This document shows, piece after piece, positions 1 to 13,096 of a stretch of DNA of 62,841 bases. The translations under genes were made by a program, and so were the position numbers. This stretch comes from Piedraia hortae CBS 480.64 (Eukaryota), in contig MU005979.1 of NCBI GenBank assembly GCA_010093745.1, forward strand, positions 186,001-248,841, given 5' to 3'. The notes under the pieces were generated by a model. The model was not told the origin of the DNA. It saw only the letters and a program-made list of their open reading frames with translations, and made no database searches. Within the stretch, counting starts at the first letter, position 1. Each line of letters begins with the position of its first letter.

Positions 1-1882
1 TGGCCGGAAAGCGGCGATTCTTGAGGGTCAGTCAACGATTACCAAGGGCTTAGATAACTCACATATCACTTGCTTTCTTCATCCCACCCCGAGTACGGTT
101 GCCGTTGCTTGCGCTGTCGTACGCCTCCATGACCTTGTTGGAAACGACATTCTCCACTCGCTCCCTGCTCAGGACGTTGTGATCATCCAAATAGAGGCGA
201 ACGGCTAAAGCGTAATCTGACGGCCGCCGTCAGCATTCCTAACGTGGCCTCAGCCAGCAACCACCGACGTCCCGACGCTACTTACAGTTGTAATCTAGAA
301 ACACCTTGAGAAGTTCTTCCTCAAGCTGGCCGCGTCCGATCTTCCCCAACACGCCAAAACCGGTCGTGAACTCGTCATCGGTTTCAATGCCCCAGTTCCA
401 TAGCCACAGCAGTCTGGCACGGTTGGCCTGCCAATCGTTGGCATTGCTCTTCGGTCCTGCATTGGCCAACTCTCGTAATATCTTCTTCAAAACCTCCATC
501 TGCTCGGCCGGCTCGCCGTAAAAGTGCAGCAACGCAACATCACGAACCGAAGTTGCGTGACCCAGCCCTGTCAGAAGATAGGCACTGTACACCATCATCT
601 GTAGCAGCATATATGTCTCGTATCGGGGAGTAGTCAGAGGATGTTCCGGCCGAAGCAGAGAATCCTGGGCCAAATCGGCCGTTGTTTGAGACTTCTCCAA
701 CTGCACGGCATGACGTTGGATTTTGGGCAAGGAATCGACCGATGTTGCAAGATCAGGTGGCGGGATAAAGTCCAACAATTCTGATAAGCGAGCCAATATC
801 GCATGCGCACACGACACCGACTCCAACGTCTTTTCAGACGTGATATAACACGAAGCAAACGCCGCCTGGGCGTACTGGAGTTTCAACTTCTCCAACACGT
901 CCTCGTCAAGATAATGTTCACTATCCGGCGCCAAGTTTGCCAGGTCTATGTCGTTTGGGCCGTTCCAGTCTTCAATGCACTGAGCCGATAAAGGTAAATT
1001 GGTGCGTGCAGTATCGACTAGCCATAGGAACATCAGTTCCCATTGGTGGCCAGTCTTGGAGTCGATGTCGACGCCCTTTAGCGGAATCTTCTCAGGCTCA
1101 TCCTGGCCGTGATTGGACTCTTCAAACACCAAATGCTTCTTCTTCCGCTTGTATGTATGGCCATACATCCAAGGGCCAACCAAACCGCGAACGTCACGCC
1201 CGATCGTGCTACAGCTATGTTTGCTAGGACTTTCGACACCAGCCGCCGGCGTCTGTCCCGATTTTGCAAACTGCAGCAGCAGTTCAATCACTTCTGACCC
1301 CTTCATGCCTTCAAACTGGCGTAAACTCACGGGCATCGACAGTTCCCGATCGGAATAGTACTCGCCTTGCAGCCGCAGGATTGGCAGACACACGCTTATG
1401 TACCACGTCCGCAGCCAATTGCTCCTGTCCAGAAACGGCCTGGCTAGGGCCGGAATCAGACTGATGAGGCCAGTCTCGGCGTCTATTCGGTAGGTGCGGT
1501 GGCATACAAAGAGCGTAAAGGGGTCTGTAGGAGCATCAGGGGGAAAAGAGGGCGGAGTGAGAGTTGCAAGTTGCGATTTTATTTTCTTGGCCTTCTTATC
1601 CGCCTCCTTCTCTGAAAGTTCCTTTACCGGCCCAATATCAAGCTCCACATCCTTGCGCGCATGGTTGAGATACAAATGGCTTGCCACCTCTTCTACATAG
1701 CTCGTATATGCCTGCGGATCCGTCGTCTCAGGCAGGTAAGTGAGTAGAATGCGCAGGGCAAGTTCCGTGGGCAGCGCATCGGCTCTAGCGGCCGTGAGGG
1801 TGTGAAGAGCGGGAACATTGGCCTCGGAGGCATATTGAGCGGCCAGGACAGTGCATTGAGAGGCGCTCAGGGCCGCAGCCAT
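1..1882 (-). CDS. SEC39: Secretory pathway protein Sec39 (Dsl1 complex); 5' part only, runs off the window start
   Basis: 534-aa first exon with LRILLTYLPE and RIDAETG motifs. Intron 285..217 (GTAAG..CAG) restores the frame to give AYDSASNGNRTRGGMKKASDI, typical of fungal Sec39. Second intron at about 62..20. Confidence 0.85.
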
Positions 1883-2712
1883 GGTGTTTCTGGTGCAACT
1901 CCCCCACTCCCAGTTTTTCTCTGAACGACTGTGGTTGCCGTGCTTTACCGTGATTTACGTTTAACAGGGTAAGTAACGTTGCACTAACGGAATTTGCTAA
2001 GACCGACCCCCCTAGGACCAAGTAACCCACCAGATGCGCGTCTCAACAGCCACTGCAGCCATGCTCGGTCATTTCACATTCACAAGTAATGCAAGAGCAA
2101 CTATAGACGACCCGTCAGTCTATCGGAAACGCGTCGAAGCGATAACGTCCATTATCAAACATTCTGGAACCCTGTCAACATGGAGATTAGCCTCGGACAA
2201 CGACTGGCGGTGCAAAGCCACATGGGACAGATAGAATCGCACCTCGCATGTCTGTATCATATGCCAAAGGCTCGAGGTGCAACTCCATTTGGACAACACC
2301 GGCAAACTCACGCCACAAGTCCTCCACCGTCCCGCACACTGCAGCGCGCCGCAGACGAGCGTTCAAGCTAGAGAGGGCGTCGACAACCACGTATGCAGTT
2401 CACGACTGGATAATTCCATGCGGCTCGTGCAGGCTGGGATGATGAGCGTAGTCGGCGACCTATAGCTGGGACGAATCGGCAGGCATCTCAACCTTAATCA
2501 AAATAGGCTCAAGCCGCGATCGAGAAGTTGGCAGACGCTCACGCTTCACTGGCAGGCGTTGCAGATGGCGTGCGGGTGCGGGGGCGGGAAGCCGGGGTCT
2601 TACCAGGGCCGACTGGGATCATGACCAGGGCCCCGGTCATCTTGGAAGAAGGTCTTCTAGTCCTTCTCGTCCTTCCCCATCAAAGTCATTCCTTTCGTCC
2701 TTTCAGCCCCAT

Positions 2713-4549
2713 CATGGACGGTGTCAGGCCTCACACCTTTCTCCCAGGAGAGCCCTTTGATCGTGAGGCCGGGGTTCAGATGCGAACTTTTAGTCGAGAT
2801 GACGATGCCTCGCAAAAGGACGAGGAAAAGGCCGAGATCTCAAGCCAGACATCCGGCTCGCCAACGGCAGAATACGCCGAGGAGGACAGTCGACAAGCAC
2901 GGGAAGGAAACCTATACCGCAACGGCAGAATTGTCAAGCAGCCGGCCCCTACCGCCGATCCACGAGATCCGCTGAACCTTAGCCTCACGCGAAAGATTGT
3001 GGCCGTTGTATCAATATGTTTCTATGGTGCACTGGCTGCGGCAGCTGAACTAATTCTGGGCTCCCTGCTGCCGGTGTTCGTGCTGCAATATGCCGGACAA
3101 AATCCGTCCAAGGTTCTGATAACCTTGTCCCATAGCGGAGGGCTTCCCAAAGGTGTCGATCCGCTACGGTCGCTGCAGCTGCTATCGAAAGCCAACGGTG
3201 GCCCTCCGTTATGGAAAATCTATCTGCTTGCTTCGTTGCCCGTCTTGATGATGGGCGTCTGCAATTTGATCTTCATTCCCCTTGCCGTGGCGGTTGGTCG
3301 ACGGCCGGTTATCCTAGGCTGCGGTGTCCTCGCAATTGGAGGCGCTGTGTGGGCGGGTTTCAGTCAATCACTTTCTTCTCATCTCGGTGCAAGATGCGTC
3401 CAGGCCCTCGGCGCTGGTACAGTTGAGAGTCTGATTCCATTCATCATTCAGGATATGGTGTTTGTTCATCAACGAAATACTTGGATATCTTCCATCTTCG
3501 CTGTCCAGGGCATTATAATCGTCGTGCTGGGCGCGGCAACGCCGTACTTGATCGTTCGTACGAGTTGGAGATGGGCGTACTGGGTCACTGCCTCTGGTGC
3601 TGGGTTTTTCTTGCTTTGTGTCGCCCTCACCTTGCCGGAAACGCGCTGGACTCGGTCCTCTGCAGAAATGAGTAAGTTTTTCGTCTTCTGATAAAAGACA
3701 TGCTAACAAATTCTTTCCAGACGGGGTTCCCAGAAGAGATAACGGAGAAAGCTACCCTCGTCGTACATGGCGGTATGATCTTGCCCTCTTCCACGGCCAG
3801 TCCTCGTTCCGCAGGGGTTGGGATGCGCTTCTTGACATTCTCCGCACATTTTTCTACCCCCAAATACTCTTCATTACGCTCCTGAATAGTGTCATGATCG
3901 GCGCCATGCTTGCGGCCGGCTACACGCTCTCGCCGGCCTTGATAAGCGCTCCCTGGAGGTATGCAATGTCCCTCTCCTTAGAAAACCCAATTAACCTCTC
4001 AGCTGGAATTTTCTGCATCTCGGCCTCGCCTTGATCCCCATACTAATTGCTGCCCTATGTGTTGGAGCGTTAACTGGCCGAGTGGCGGATATGGTAGCCA
4101 ACTTCGCCGCCAAGCGTCGTGGTCGTCGCGTGCCCGAGAACCAACTCATCAACCTCATCCTCCCTACCCTTTGCGGCATTACGGGAACGGTTCTCTTTGG
4201 TCTCGCCGGCAGCCACCGGCAGGTATACCCCTGGTCCGTGTTCCTGGTCGGCATGGGACTCATGGCATTTGGTTTCTTGGGCACAAACACGGTCGGTGCC
4301 GTCTACGTCTTGGAGGTGTACCCCCAGCTGGCTGGCCCTGCGCTCGCAAACATTGCATCCTTTCGGTGTCTGATTGCGTTTGTTCTTTCGTTTAGGATCA
4401 GCGAGTGGATGCTTCAGATGGGATACTTGAATTCGATGATGATCTATACGGGCCTCATGGCGGCGTTTGCGGCGTTTGTTCCGGTTATTTATGTGTTTGG
4501 ACCGCGATGGAGGGAGCGGTGGCCGGGAAATAGGAAAGGGGGGTTTTAA
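2713..4549 (+). CDS. MFS transporter
   Basis: ATG at 2713. PAPTADPRDPLN and GRRPV motifs and many hydrophobic helices. Introns 3672-3720 and 3959-4002 (GT..AG) join the two ORFs in frame. Confidence 0.9.
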
Positions 4550-4718
4550 GCATGTGTTCTTAGGTACATCCAGGGGGTGTTTTATCATTTCATTAACTTT
4601 ATCATGAATATACACGTGCCATGGCCCACAGCCTTATCACGACGTGAAGGTATTGTACGAGACAAATAGTCTACGATTCCAGGCCATGTACTTGCAACTG
4701 CTATATTCAACGGTCGCA

Positions 4719-5492
4719 CTACTTCCTATCTAGCTCTGGATAATATCTAAACACACCCATCCCATACTTCAACCTCCTCTCGCTCGCCAAATACTCCTTC
4801 AACCTCACCTCCCCCTTAACACTCTCATAAAACCCCTTCAAAAGCTCCGGAAACTCCTCCTTCCTAGCTTCCATCTCCTTTGGAAACGCAAAAAAGCAAC
4901 CATCAATAACCTGCCACGTCGTCGTATCCGCATACGAAAGCCTATCCCCAATCAGAAACCTCCCCCCATCTCCAACCTTCTTATTAAACTTCAGCGTCCT
5001 CTCAAAATAATCAAAATACTTTGGCAGCCGATTCTCACGCAAATCTCTCGCTTTTTTAAGCGCCTCATCTTTCTGGTCTTCGTAGTACAACGCCCCAGCG
5101 ATGGGATGGTGGGTATCATGGACCTCGTCATTGAGGTCTAGAGCCGTGAGAGCAACTTGGTTGACGTGGTATTTCGCCCCCTCGGACTTGGAGGGTACCA
5201 AACCGAGCCTCTCGCCTAAATAGAGGAGGATGTTGGGGGTCTGGGAGATTATGAGCTCATGGTCGGGGTAGGTTATACGTAACGCAGGAGGGCTGAAAAC
5301 TGGGGGGTTTCCCCCGGGGGTTTCGACGGCAGAGGACATGCAGATTTTTTGAACGGTGCTGTACCCGTCTTTTTGCGTGTTGGCGATGTCGGTGTATGAT
5401 ACTCCCGCGACTTCGAAGACGAGGCGGATGAATTCCCCCCGGCCAGGTATGCCGGGGTGGTAGAGGAGTTCGTACTTTGGGGTGGGGGACAT
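4719..5492 (-). CDS. Glutathione S-transferase
   Basis: Likely start MSPTPKYELLYHPGIPGRGEFIRL. ISQTPNIL (SQT) and LSYAD motifs; C-terminal FRYYPELD. Confidence 0.9.
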   Translation of the reverse strand: MSPTPKYELLYHPGIPGRGEFIRLVFEVAGVSYTDIANTQKDGYSTVQKICMSSAVETPGGNPPVFSPPALRITYPDHELIISQTPNILLYLGERLGLVPSKSEGAKYHVNQVALTALDLNDEVHDTHHPIAGALYYEDQKDEALKKARDLRENRLPKYFDYFERTLKFNKKVGDGGRFLIGDRLSYADTTTWQVIDGCFFAFPKEMEARKEEFPELLKGFYESVKGEVRLKEYLASERRLKYGMGVFRYYPELDRK

Positions 5493-5973
5493 GGTTAGTT
5501 TGCTTGTTGAGGGGTGGTGGGTTTTTGTAGGGAGGCTTTTCGCAGGAGTCGGCTGAAGGAGTTCATGCGATGACGACATCAGGTGGGGGGGGGGAAGGAG
5601 GGGGTCCAGATGCCTGGGGAATTCCTTCTTCCGAATCCCACTGCGGGGCTGGATGGCCACCGATCCGTGAGAATTTGTGTTGAGGTGACTGTCATGTCAT
5701 GGTTTACCTTTTTCCAGAGTGAGAAATGGGGTAGATCGGGGCTGTTGAGATGGCACAGTGGCATGAAGCGTTGTCAGTGTCACAACGCTGGTGTGGGTAA
5801 AGTTCAAATGCAGCAATGTGTAGGATGGGTTTGTTGAACGATAAGCAACGCTTGGCACACGTTGCTTCACTTGTTCATCCACTCCTTTGTGCGTCTTTCT
5901 GGCGGAGCGGCTGCAGCCGTGCGGGGAGTTCCGCCTATATCAGCACTGAAACATCAACATTGCTCATTCGCTC

Positions 5974-7580
5974 ATGAATGTTAGCCGACGTTTGGACAGC
6001 ATAGAGCGACGTCTGGAAGCTCTTGAGGGCTTGGAAGACCGGATAACTGAACGGCTTCTGAAAGCGCTCAAACTACCACTTGAAAATGGGACCGAGGCAG
6101 CCAGCACGAGGCCGCGCGTCCCTGCCGAGATCCAGCGTGCGATTATAGAAAGTGTGGCGGATGAAAATGGCACGCTCTTCAAGCTGATGTTCGTTTGCAA
6201 AGACTGGGCAACTGCAGCAACGGACGTTTTGTGGCGCAAGCCTATTCTGAGACATTTCAAAGCGCTTCCCCAGAGTCGCAAGCAGCATTACGCAAACAAA
6301 TTCAAGACTCTGAGCATTTTCAGCGATGAAGCTCATGACTGGTTACGTGAGACTGGAGGACTGTCTTTTCCACGGCTTAAGGAGCTGAAAGTGAGAAACT
6401 CCGCTCTCGATGAGATCACCAGCAACTCCGATGATGACGAGATGTTTTTTCTCACACCTCCATATTCGAAGATGCAAATGGCAAGACACTTTGAACCATG
6501 CATCCATCGATTTGCCCAATCGAGCTTGACTATATTTGAATACTGCGGCGGCCCACCGTCTGTGGAGACCATGGCTCTCATTTCTGCAAATTGTCGCGGT
6601 CTTAAAGTCTTTGTCATGGAAGACACGCCAAAAGCATTGACTGTGGATAAGTCGCTTGCCATATTCGGCCCGCTCGGGAACCTGAAGGAGTTGGACATTG
6701 ACGCTGGCACCAATAGCCATGTCTATGGAGACAAGTTTTTCTCGCTTCTGTCACAACGTAGCAGTCTCCAGATCTTGAGAATAAACTTCCTCATGGACTC
6801 CACTACGCTTCAGAGACTGGCCTTCCGTTCCGGGACCTCGTTCCCGAACATGAAGGAGCTCTTGCTCCGAACGCACTCATTAGACGTGCGATATATCCCG
6901 CAGATCATGAAAAATCTAACAGAACTCGAACTCTACCTAGTCGACACACCACGCGGTGTTTTCGAAACCCTCCGCGACATGACAAAGTTACGAAAATTGT
7001 GGATCACATTCTGCACCGAATCGAGCATTTGGCCGGTCAATCTTACCGGTCTCAAAAACCTCAAGGACCTGGAAAGTCTTCAGTTCAACGACAATACCAG
7101 GGATGGCATAGTCACCGGCAAGGCCTTGGTAGATAAACATCTTATCGAGCTAGCTGCGGCCTTGCCGAAGCTGCACGGAATCACGCTCCAAATTCAGCAT
7201 GCACGATTCAGCCACCAATCGCTCGAAGAGCTGGGCCAGAGCTGTCGGAAGCTCGAATGGATCGATCTAGGCGGGACCTTTGATCTGCACAGCTTCCGAA
7301 GCCGTACCGTGCCCGCCTTTCCCCGTCTGGACTCCCTAACCCTCAGAGATACTGCAAATAAGATGGCGTCATCGGGGTGAGTCCATCTTTTTCCGTAGCC
7401 CATCTCCATGCTAATCTAGGCAACAGTGTCTTTCAAAAGGCACTCGAGATTGATGCTATTCTGAAGAAACACGCTCCGAAGCTGCAGTACATCTCCCTTA
7501 TAGGAGGGAATCGCATTCTGAACGATGCAATTGAGACGATTGTTCACAAGCGAAAGGGGACGAGGATTGTCTACAATTGA
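5974..7580 (+). CDS. F-box-like/leucine-rich-repeat (RNI-like) protein
   Basis: VPAEIQRAIIE...LMFVCKDW..A...LWR F-box-like segment followed by LxxLxL repeats. Intron 7377-7426 joins the last exon. Confidence 0.7.
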
Positions 7581-8060
7581 TAGAACAAGTTAATGTTCCC
7601 GATCGCATGACTGTGTAAGACTCGGCTCGTACTCGTTCGGACTCTTTCGATCTATCTCCCACGCTCCTCGGGTGTGTGGCTGCTGCTGGGTTAGAGCGTT
7701 GTCTTCCAGCTGGGTGTGCTTGTTCCTAGACTATTTCATTTCTTTTTTGAAGGTTTTAGCTGTGACTGAGAGGTAGGATTCTATCGGTTTTGGTTACGTT
7801 GAGAGGTCTTCAATGGTGTGCATTGTGTGGGGATGGCTACGCTACCAATGGGTGATGGAAAGTAAAGCTAGTGACAACAGTGATGCCTTTCCGAATATAA
7901 ATTGGTGCGAAACTTGCATAGTGTCGGAGCACAAGCTTTCTGAAAATCGGAACCTTCCGCATACGCCATCGCTCGCCCCCTCTTCGTCTGCACAACTTTG
8001 AATCGTTGCACAATACGAATAAAGCCTACTACACTAAACCAACGATGAGCGTAAACGGCC

Positions 8061-8888
8061 ATGGCAAAACCCGCATCACCCAAGCTAGCCTCGACCATCT
8101 ATGAAACCCTTTCAACGACGCCTTCATACAGGTTTCCTTTCAGACAGGCAGATCTCGATGTTGCGCTTCAAGGAGGACTAGTCAGCAGATCCATGATTTG
8201 CATTTCCAGCGAGCTCGGCATAACTTCCAGTCTCTTGCTGTTACTTTTAAGTAACAGTTTGCGAGAAGGACGAGCTACAGTTGTGGATACGGGCTCACCG
8301 TCTGTGGATCTGATAAAGCTACACTCCACCTTGGCCTCTGAACTGGGATCTACGAAGGCGATGGAGGCACTAGACAAGGCTAGGATAATACGGTCATTTG
8401 ACTTTATCGGTGTGGAGCAGAGTCTTGAGGAGATCAGCATGCAGGCTGAAGAGCTAGAGCCTGCAGTGGACGATAGTCAAGAAGAGGAGATGCTGCTTGA
8501 TCCTGTGATCCCTCAGGTACCGGATCTTCTCATATTGACTAATCTGTCCCATGTAGCTGCACCGTTAATTAGGGACAAGGGAGCCGAAGGCAGAACACGC
8601 CTCAACGCTTTTATGCGCAGCCTCTGTCAATTGACGTTGAAGCAGAATCTGTGCACTGTTGTGGGAAACGAAGCTATGAGTCACAATAGGGAGGGCCTGT
8701 CGAGCATCTTCACATCATGTACCCTCCATCCCGCACTGGGCAACTTTACAGACCACTTTGATGTGAACATTCTCGTCCACACCGTTCCGAGCGCCGAGTC
8801 AGCAAACGGCGACGTCATCTTGGAAGTGCTGACCGATCGACATGGAGGACGCGCGGGCAAATGGGCAACCATCCCGGAAGACATATGA
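8061..8888 (+). CDS. Rad51-paralog-like (RAD51D/RecA-fold) protein with degenerate Walker A
   Basis: LDVALQGGL, ATVVDTGS and DLLILTNLS (Walker-B-like) segments; LCTVVGN and HPALG match the RecA-fold order. Confidence 0.55.
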   Translation: MAKPASPKLASTIYETLSTTPSYRFPFRQADLDVALQGGLVSRSMICISSELGITSSLLLLLLSNSLREGRATVVDTGSPSVDLIKLHSTLASELGSTKAMEALDKARIIRSFDFIGVEQSLEEISMQAEELEPAVDDSQEEEMLLDPVIPQVPDLLILTNLSHVAAPLIRDKGAEGRTRLNAFMRSLCQLTLKQNLCTVVGNEAMSHNREGLSSIFTSCTLHPALGNFTDHFDVNILVHTVPSAESANGDVILEVLTDRHGGRAGKWATIPEDI

Positions 8889-8905
8889 GACAAATGCGTA
8901 CAGTT

Positions 8906-9411
8906 CTATCCCTTGACAGCCGCTGGCTGTCTGTTATCCTTTGTGATTCCTTCCAGGAGCTCCTTTGCCTGCTTCCGAGTTTGCAGACTAGGAAGAGGCG
9001 CTCGTCTATCCATACCCTCCTTGTGCTTCTCGATATCAGCCAGGAGAGTTTTGTATTGCTCCACTAGCTGGGACTGTGTAGGGCGATCTTTTAGCGACGC
9101 TAGCTCGCGTTTGCGCAGCTCATTCTGCAATGCCATTGTTTTGATGGCCTAAAACACTTAGCCGGCCGACTCCCAGATCTTACCGATTCGACAAACCTCT
9201 TTCTTGTGATGTAGGCATTCAAAATAGTCTTCCATTGCTGGTCCACAAATGGGCCGGCCCGATTTGTCGACTTCGTTGTTGCTGACCATATAGCAGGCCA
9301 GGAACTCTTGCCAGAAGGGGATGCATCTTGAGGGTCCTGAGTATGATTCAGTGGGTGGTAATTGACAATGGAAGACAACATACCACCGTTCAAGCCGTAA
9401 CCAGAAGACAT
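8906..9411 (-). CDS. NDUFS5: NADH:ubiquinone oxidoreductase subunit NDUFS5 (twin Cx9C), 3 exons
   Basis: Spliced product MSSGYGLNGG|PSRCIPFWQEFLACY...CGPAMEDYFECLHHKKE. Introns at about 9383-9337 and 9197-9150. Confidence 0.88.
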
Positions 9412-9974
9412 TGTTCTGACTGTCGTGGACGAGTGAGGTCGGACGTTTGGCGGGGCAGATCCGCATGACTAACCACTTTCGGCATAGTGCAAATGCAGTG
9501 CTTGGATGTCTTTGAACGTCGAGTCGAGTCGTGGGAGATGTCTGCATCCTCTCCTCCTTTAACAAAGACCTTCACCAGGTTCTGCATATATGACAGTGCT
9601 TGTCCATTTGTCCAGCTATTGGCCCCATCACTTTGGCTTTTCCCCACGCCTCTAGACCTCACATACTTCTGCCATATGTCAGTTTGCATGCCTCGGGAAC
9701 TAGCTTTCCTGATGGCCAGAAAGAGGTTGCAGTAGAAAAAACCCGCTATAGCTCTTGCTGGGCTGTGCAATAGTCATTGGGCCCAAATTACCAATACACG
9801 CCTGTTGCTAAGCGTACGAGCCCAATGATAGCCATGCTATGAACAAACTGACATTTACTTTTCCGCTGGGTCAAAGGATCACGATATGAAAAAAGGGGAA
9901 GGGGCAGAGTGACATACATAAGACAGCCTTCCTCGTCCTTCGCCCAATTCATACGCAAGCCCTGTAAGATCAAG

Positions 9975-10557
9975 ATGTTCCCATCAAGTTTTCTGATAGT
10001 CTTTTCCGTCCTGTTGTCGGCAGCAGCAGCTACTAGAGATGACTCTGCACATATAGCATCCAAATTGCTCGCTAAAGTCTCGGACAAACGTAACACATCC
10101 CACACTCATCCACATTAGCACTAACATCCTAGCATCCGCAATCCAAACCTTCACAACCCTGATCAAACCCCCTTCGCAAGAGCAAAAGCGAGCCATCCCA
10201 AATCTAGCAGCACTGACAACTTTACAAGTCTCATATCAAAAACCAACACCCATCTTGTGTAAAGGAGCGCTGCAACCTTCGTCCGCGCCAACACCCGAAG
10301 TCGCCCCCACGTTCAATCCAGATTTGATGAGAACTACGACGACTGATTACACGACTCCTGAAGTAACTAATGCGCTTGCGGATGACACCTCGTACCTTGG
10401 TCCGGATGTGCACAAGGGTACGACTAATATTGTAACGAATCCATATGTGACTATAACGAGCTTTACGACCATTGTGCAAGGAGGGACAACGATGGTCGAG
10501 GAGGTGCTGTGGTTGACGAAGTATACGCCTGATGCGACTCCTTCTCCGAGTGCTTGA
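9975..10557 (+). CDS. Small secreted Thr/Pro-rich protein, 2 exons
   Basis: Signal peptide MFPSSFLIVFSVLLSAAAA. Intron 10090-10132 (GTAACA, CACTAAC branch, TAG) joins in frame to the 10255-10557 ORF. Confidence 0.65.
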
Positions 10558-11339
10558 TTTGGTTAGGGGGATTGTGATTGTGAGGGGCTTGAAAGTTTTG
10601 TGGTTAGTGCATTTGTCGTATGGCAGTGCCGGACTTGTCAACCTCATAAAACCTGTTTACAATGGATGTGTTTTTGATTTCGAGGAAATTAGGGACGATC
10701 ACATGAGGATGGACAGACTTTGAAAGTGACAGCTCAGCACAGAAAAATTGCCTGATTTATGAGAAGTTTGGACTATTACACTTGCACGCATGCACGCACG
10801 CACCTTGGCCACTTCGGGCCACAGCATTCATTACTGTACTACAGAAACACAATTCTACAAGGTTTGTACCTCGTGGCTGTCCTACTATGATTGCAGGCAC
10901 CTCCCATTAGTAAGATAAGCAGAAGAATTTGAGAAGAAAAAGAGTAGGGGTGCTTCACCATTGAGTCAGGGCAAAGTGCTAAAAGACTCATCCAGCCCCT
11001 TGCCATATTTCAGAAAGAATATAACCTGAGCATCGCTGTGGCGATGTTGCATTCCAGGGATGTTATTGTTTTGGTGCTGCATTCCAGAGTTGTGTCTTAA
11101 GTGTAGTTTGTTCTCTCGTTCTAGATACGATCACTAATCATCCACTCTCGGCACTGCACACTAAGTCTTCTCCTTCGCTCCCTTTCCCACAACGGTTACC
11201 CATTATGTTTTTCTCCTTGCCACCGACTTTCTCCTTTTAACTCCACCACCATTTCATGCTCTTAAACACAAAACTGTTTTCCAAGCAAAAGGCAAAACCT
11301 GCCAATGAAGGCGCCTAATCACAAATCTTCTCGTCTTCC

Positions 11340-11954
11340 TCACCACCATTTTATGTTCTTCCCCTCATGTATATACCTCTCACTCGGAGGCGAACCACCA
11401 TTAACGCAATCGGCCATCGCAGACCACGCCCGGAACCCGGATGTCAGCTCGTTGTCTCCGCACATCTGGTCCATTTGCCCTATTTCTATCCTCAAGTCAA
11501 TACCCAAACGAAAGTGAGAACAAAACAACACCACAAATTCAACCTCCAACATCCCCTCCCCCCTCCAAAAAAAAAAAAAAAAAACCAAAGAAAATCACTC
11601 ACCCCCGGCATAATATTTCCTTCCCTTACACTTTTTAAACTCATAGAGCCAAATCCGACAGTAATCCGCTGTTTGCCACTCCTTCATCATCTTCGCACTA
11701 AACGACACAAGCGGACCTTCCAAATCGTTCACGAAACTATGACATTTTCCGTGAAACACGTACGCATCCACCGCTTGGCGTTTTCCCACGCAGAACCGCT
11801 CGCCGTACCCGTCGATCAATACCCCATAGGGGCTGTCCTTTGGGGGGTGTTTGGGTCGCTTCTCGCGCCGCGGATGGCCGCCTTTGAACAGTTTTCTTGC
11901 GTTGCTGGGGACGAGGCAGAGGAGGAGGGTGAGCAGGAGGGGGGCGATGTGCAT
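11340..11954 (-). CDS. Small secreted Cys-containing protein (effector-like), 2 exons
   Basis: Signal peptide MHIAPLLLTLLLCLVPSNA. Intron 11602..11486 (GTGAGT, TATTGAC branch, TAG) gives ...KYYAGEIGQMDQMCGDN...KWW*. Confidence 0.7.
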
Positions 11955-13096
11955 TTTGATATGATGGGGAGGGATGTTTTGCGGTTGGGGGAGAGGTTAG
12001 GTTAATTGCCTTCTAGGATGATGGTGTGGGATTTTGGGTGTGTGGGATGACGTTAGGTTGTGGCGTGGCGGGAAAAATTTGTGGGTAGGGTGGAATATCT
12101 TTTTTGGGGAGGTTGCGTCATCCCCACAAGCGAGATAGGTTTGCCTGGATGTGTGGTGCACTCGAGTGATGCATGCTCAGACCAGTGGCACAGAGAAATG
12201 CCCCCGGAGGGTAGACAAGCATGATTACTAGCTAGAGGCGTCTTTATGCTTATAACCAACTATGACAAGAGACGTCGACTTAGATAAGCGGTGCTATCTC
12301 AGACAAGCGGAACAATAAGCACTGGGACGACAAATCTGTACACGACATGCACGATCGGGGTCCCGCCATCTCCTCAAGCACCACAAAGCCATGAATTGCG
12401 CAAACCTATTCTCCACCCAGTTAGGGTTCCTTCACCTCCAAAAACCTTTACTATCCCAACCCCCAGCTTCCCCAAACACTGATACATCTGTCAAATTTTC
12501 TGACGCAACTCTTTCCAAACGTTATCCCAATCACAACTTCCCAAAACTCTAAATACTCCTGCCCAATCTTCTGACATAATTCTATTCAAACCTTAATTTT
12601 ACCTCGTGCAAAGGAAATGAAAGTCATCAAGTGGGTGACGAGCAGAGTTACACGACTATAAAAGAACTGGGTGACTCTGCCAATCATGAAGCAGGATAGA
12701 GGGTAGTGATATACTGGCGACCGTTCTGCAACCCGCGCTTGTGGTTTTTCGAATTGCATGGAGGATAGGAAGATGTGATTTCCTACTTACGCATACAACT
12801 TTCACGATGATGTCATCACATTTTCCACGTAGGAGCGGAAGGAAGTGGTCACTCCACTCATAAGACGGGTCATCCGATCACGACCTGGGTTGTTAGAAGT
12901 CTGCTGTCCTCGGGGGTGGACATGGCCAACCGCTCCTACAAACAACGACGACGTAAATGGCTCACGAAAAGTCAGTTTATGAGGACTGTTCGACAACATG
13001 CGGGTTGCGCGATGATCAACAGACCGTCTCCGCCTCTGCCACCCCTCAACCATCACATAAACAAAACCCATCAAAACCACCCCATGCCTACCCTAC

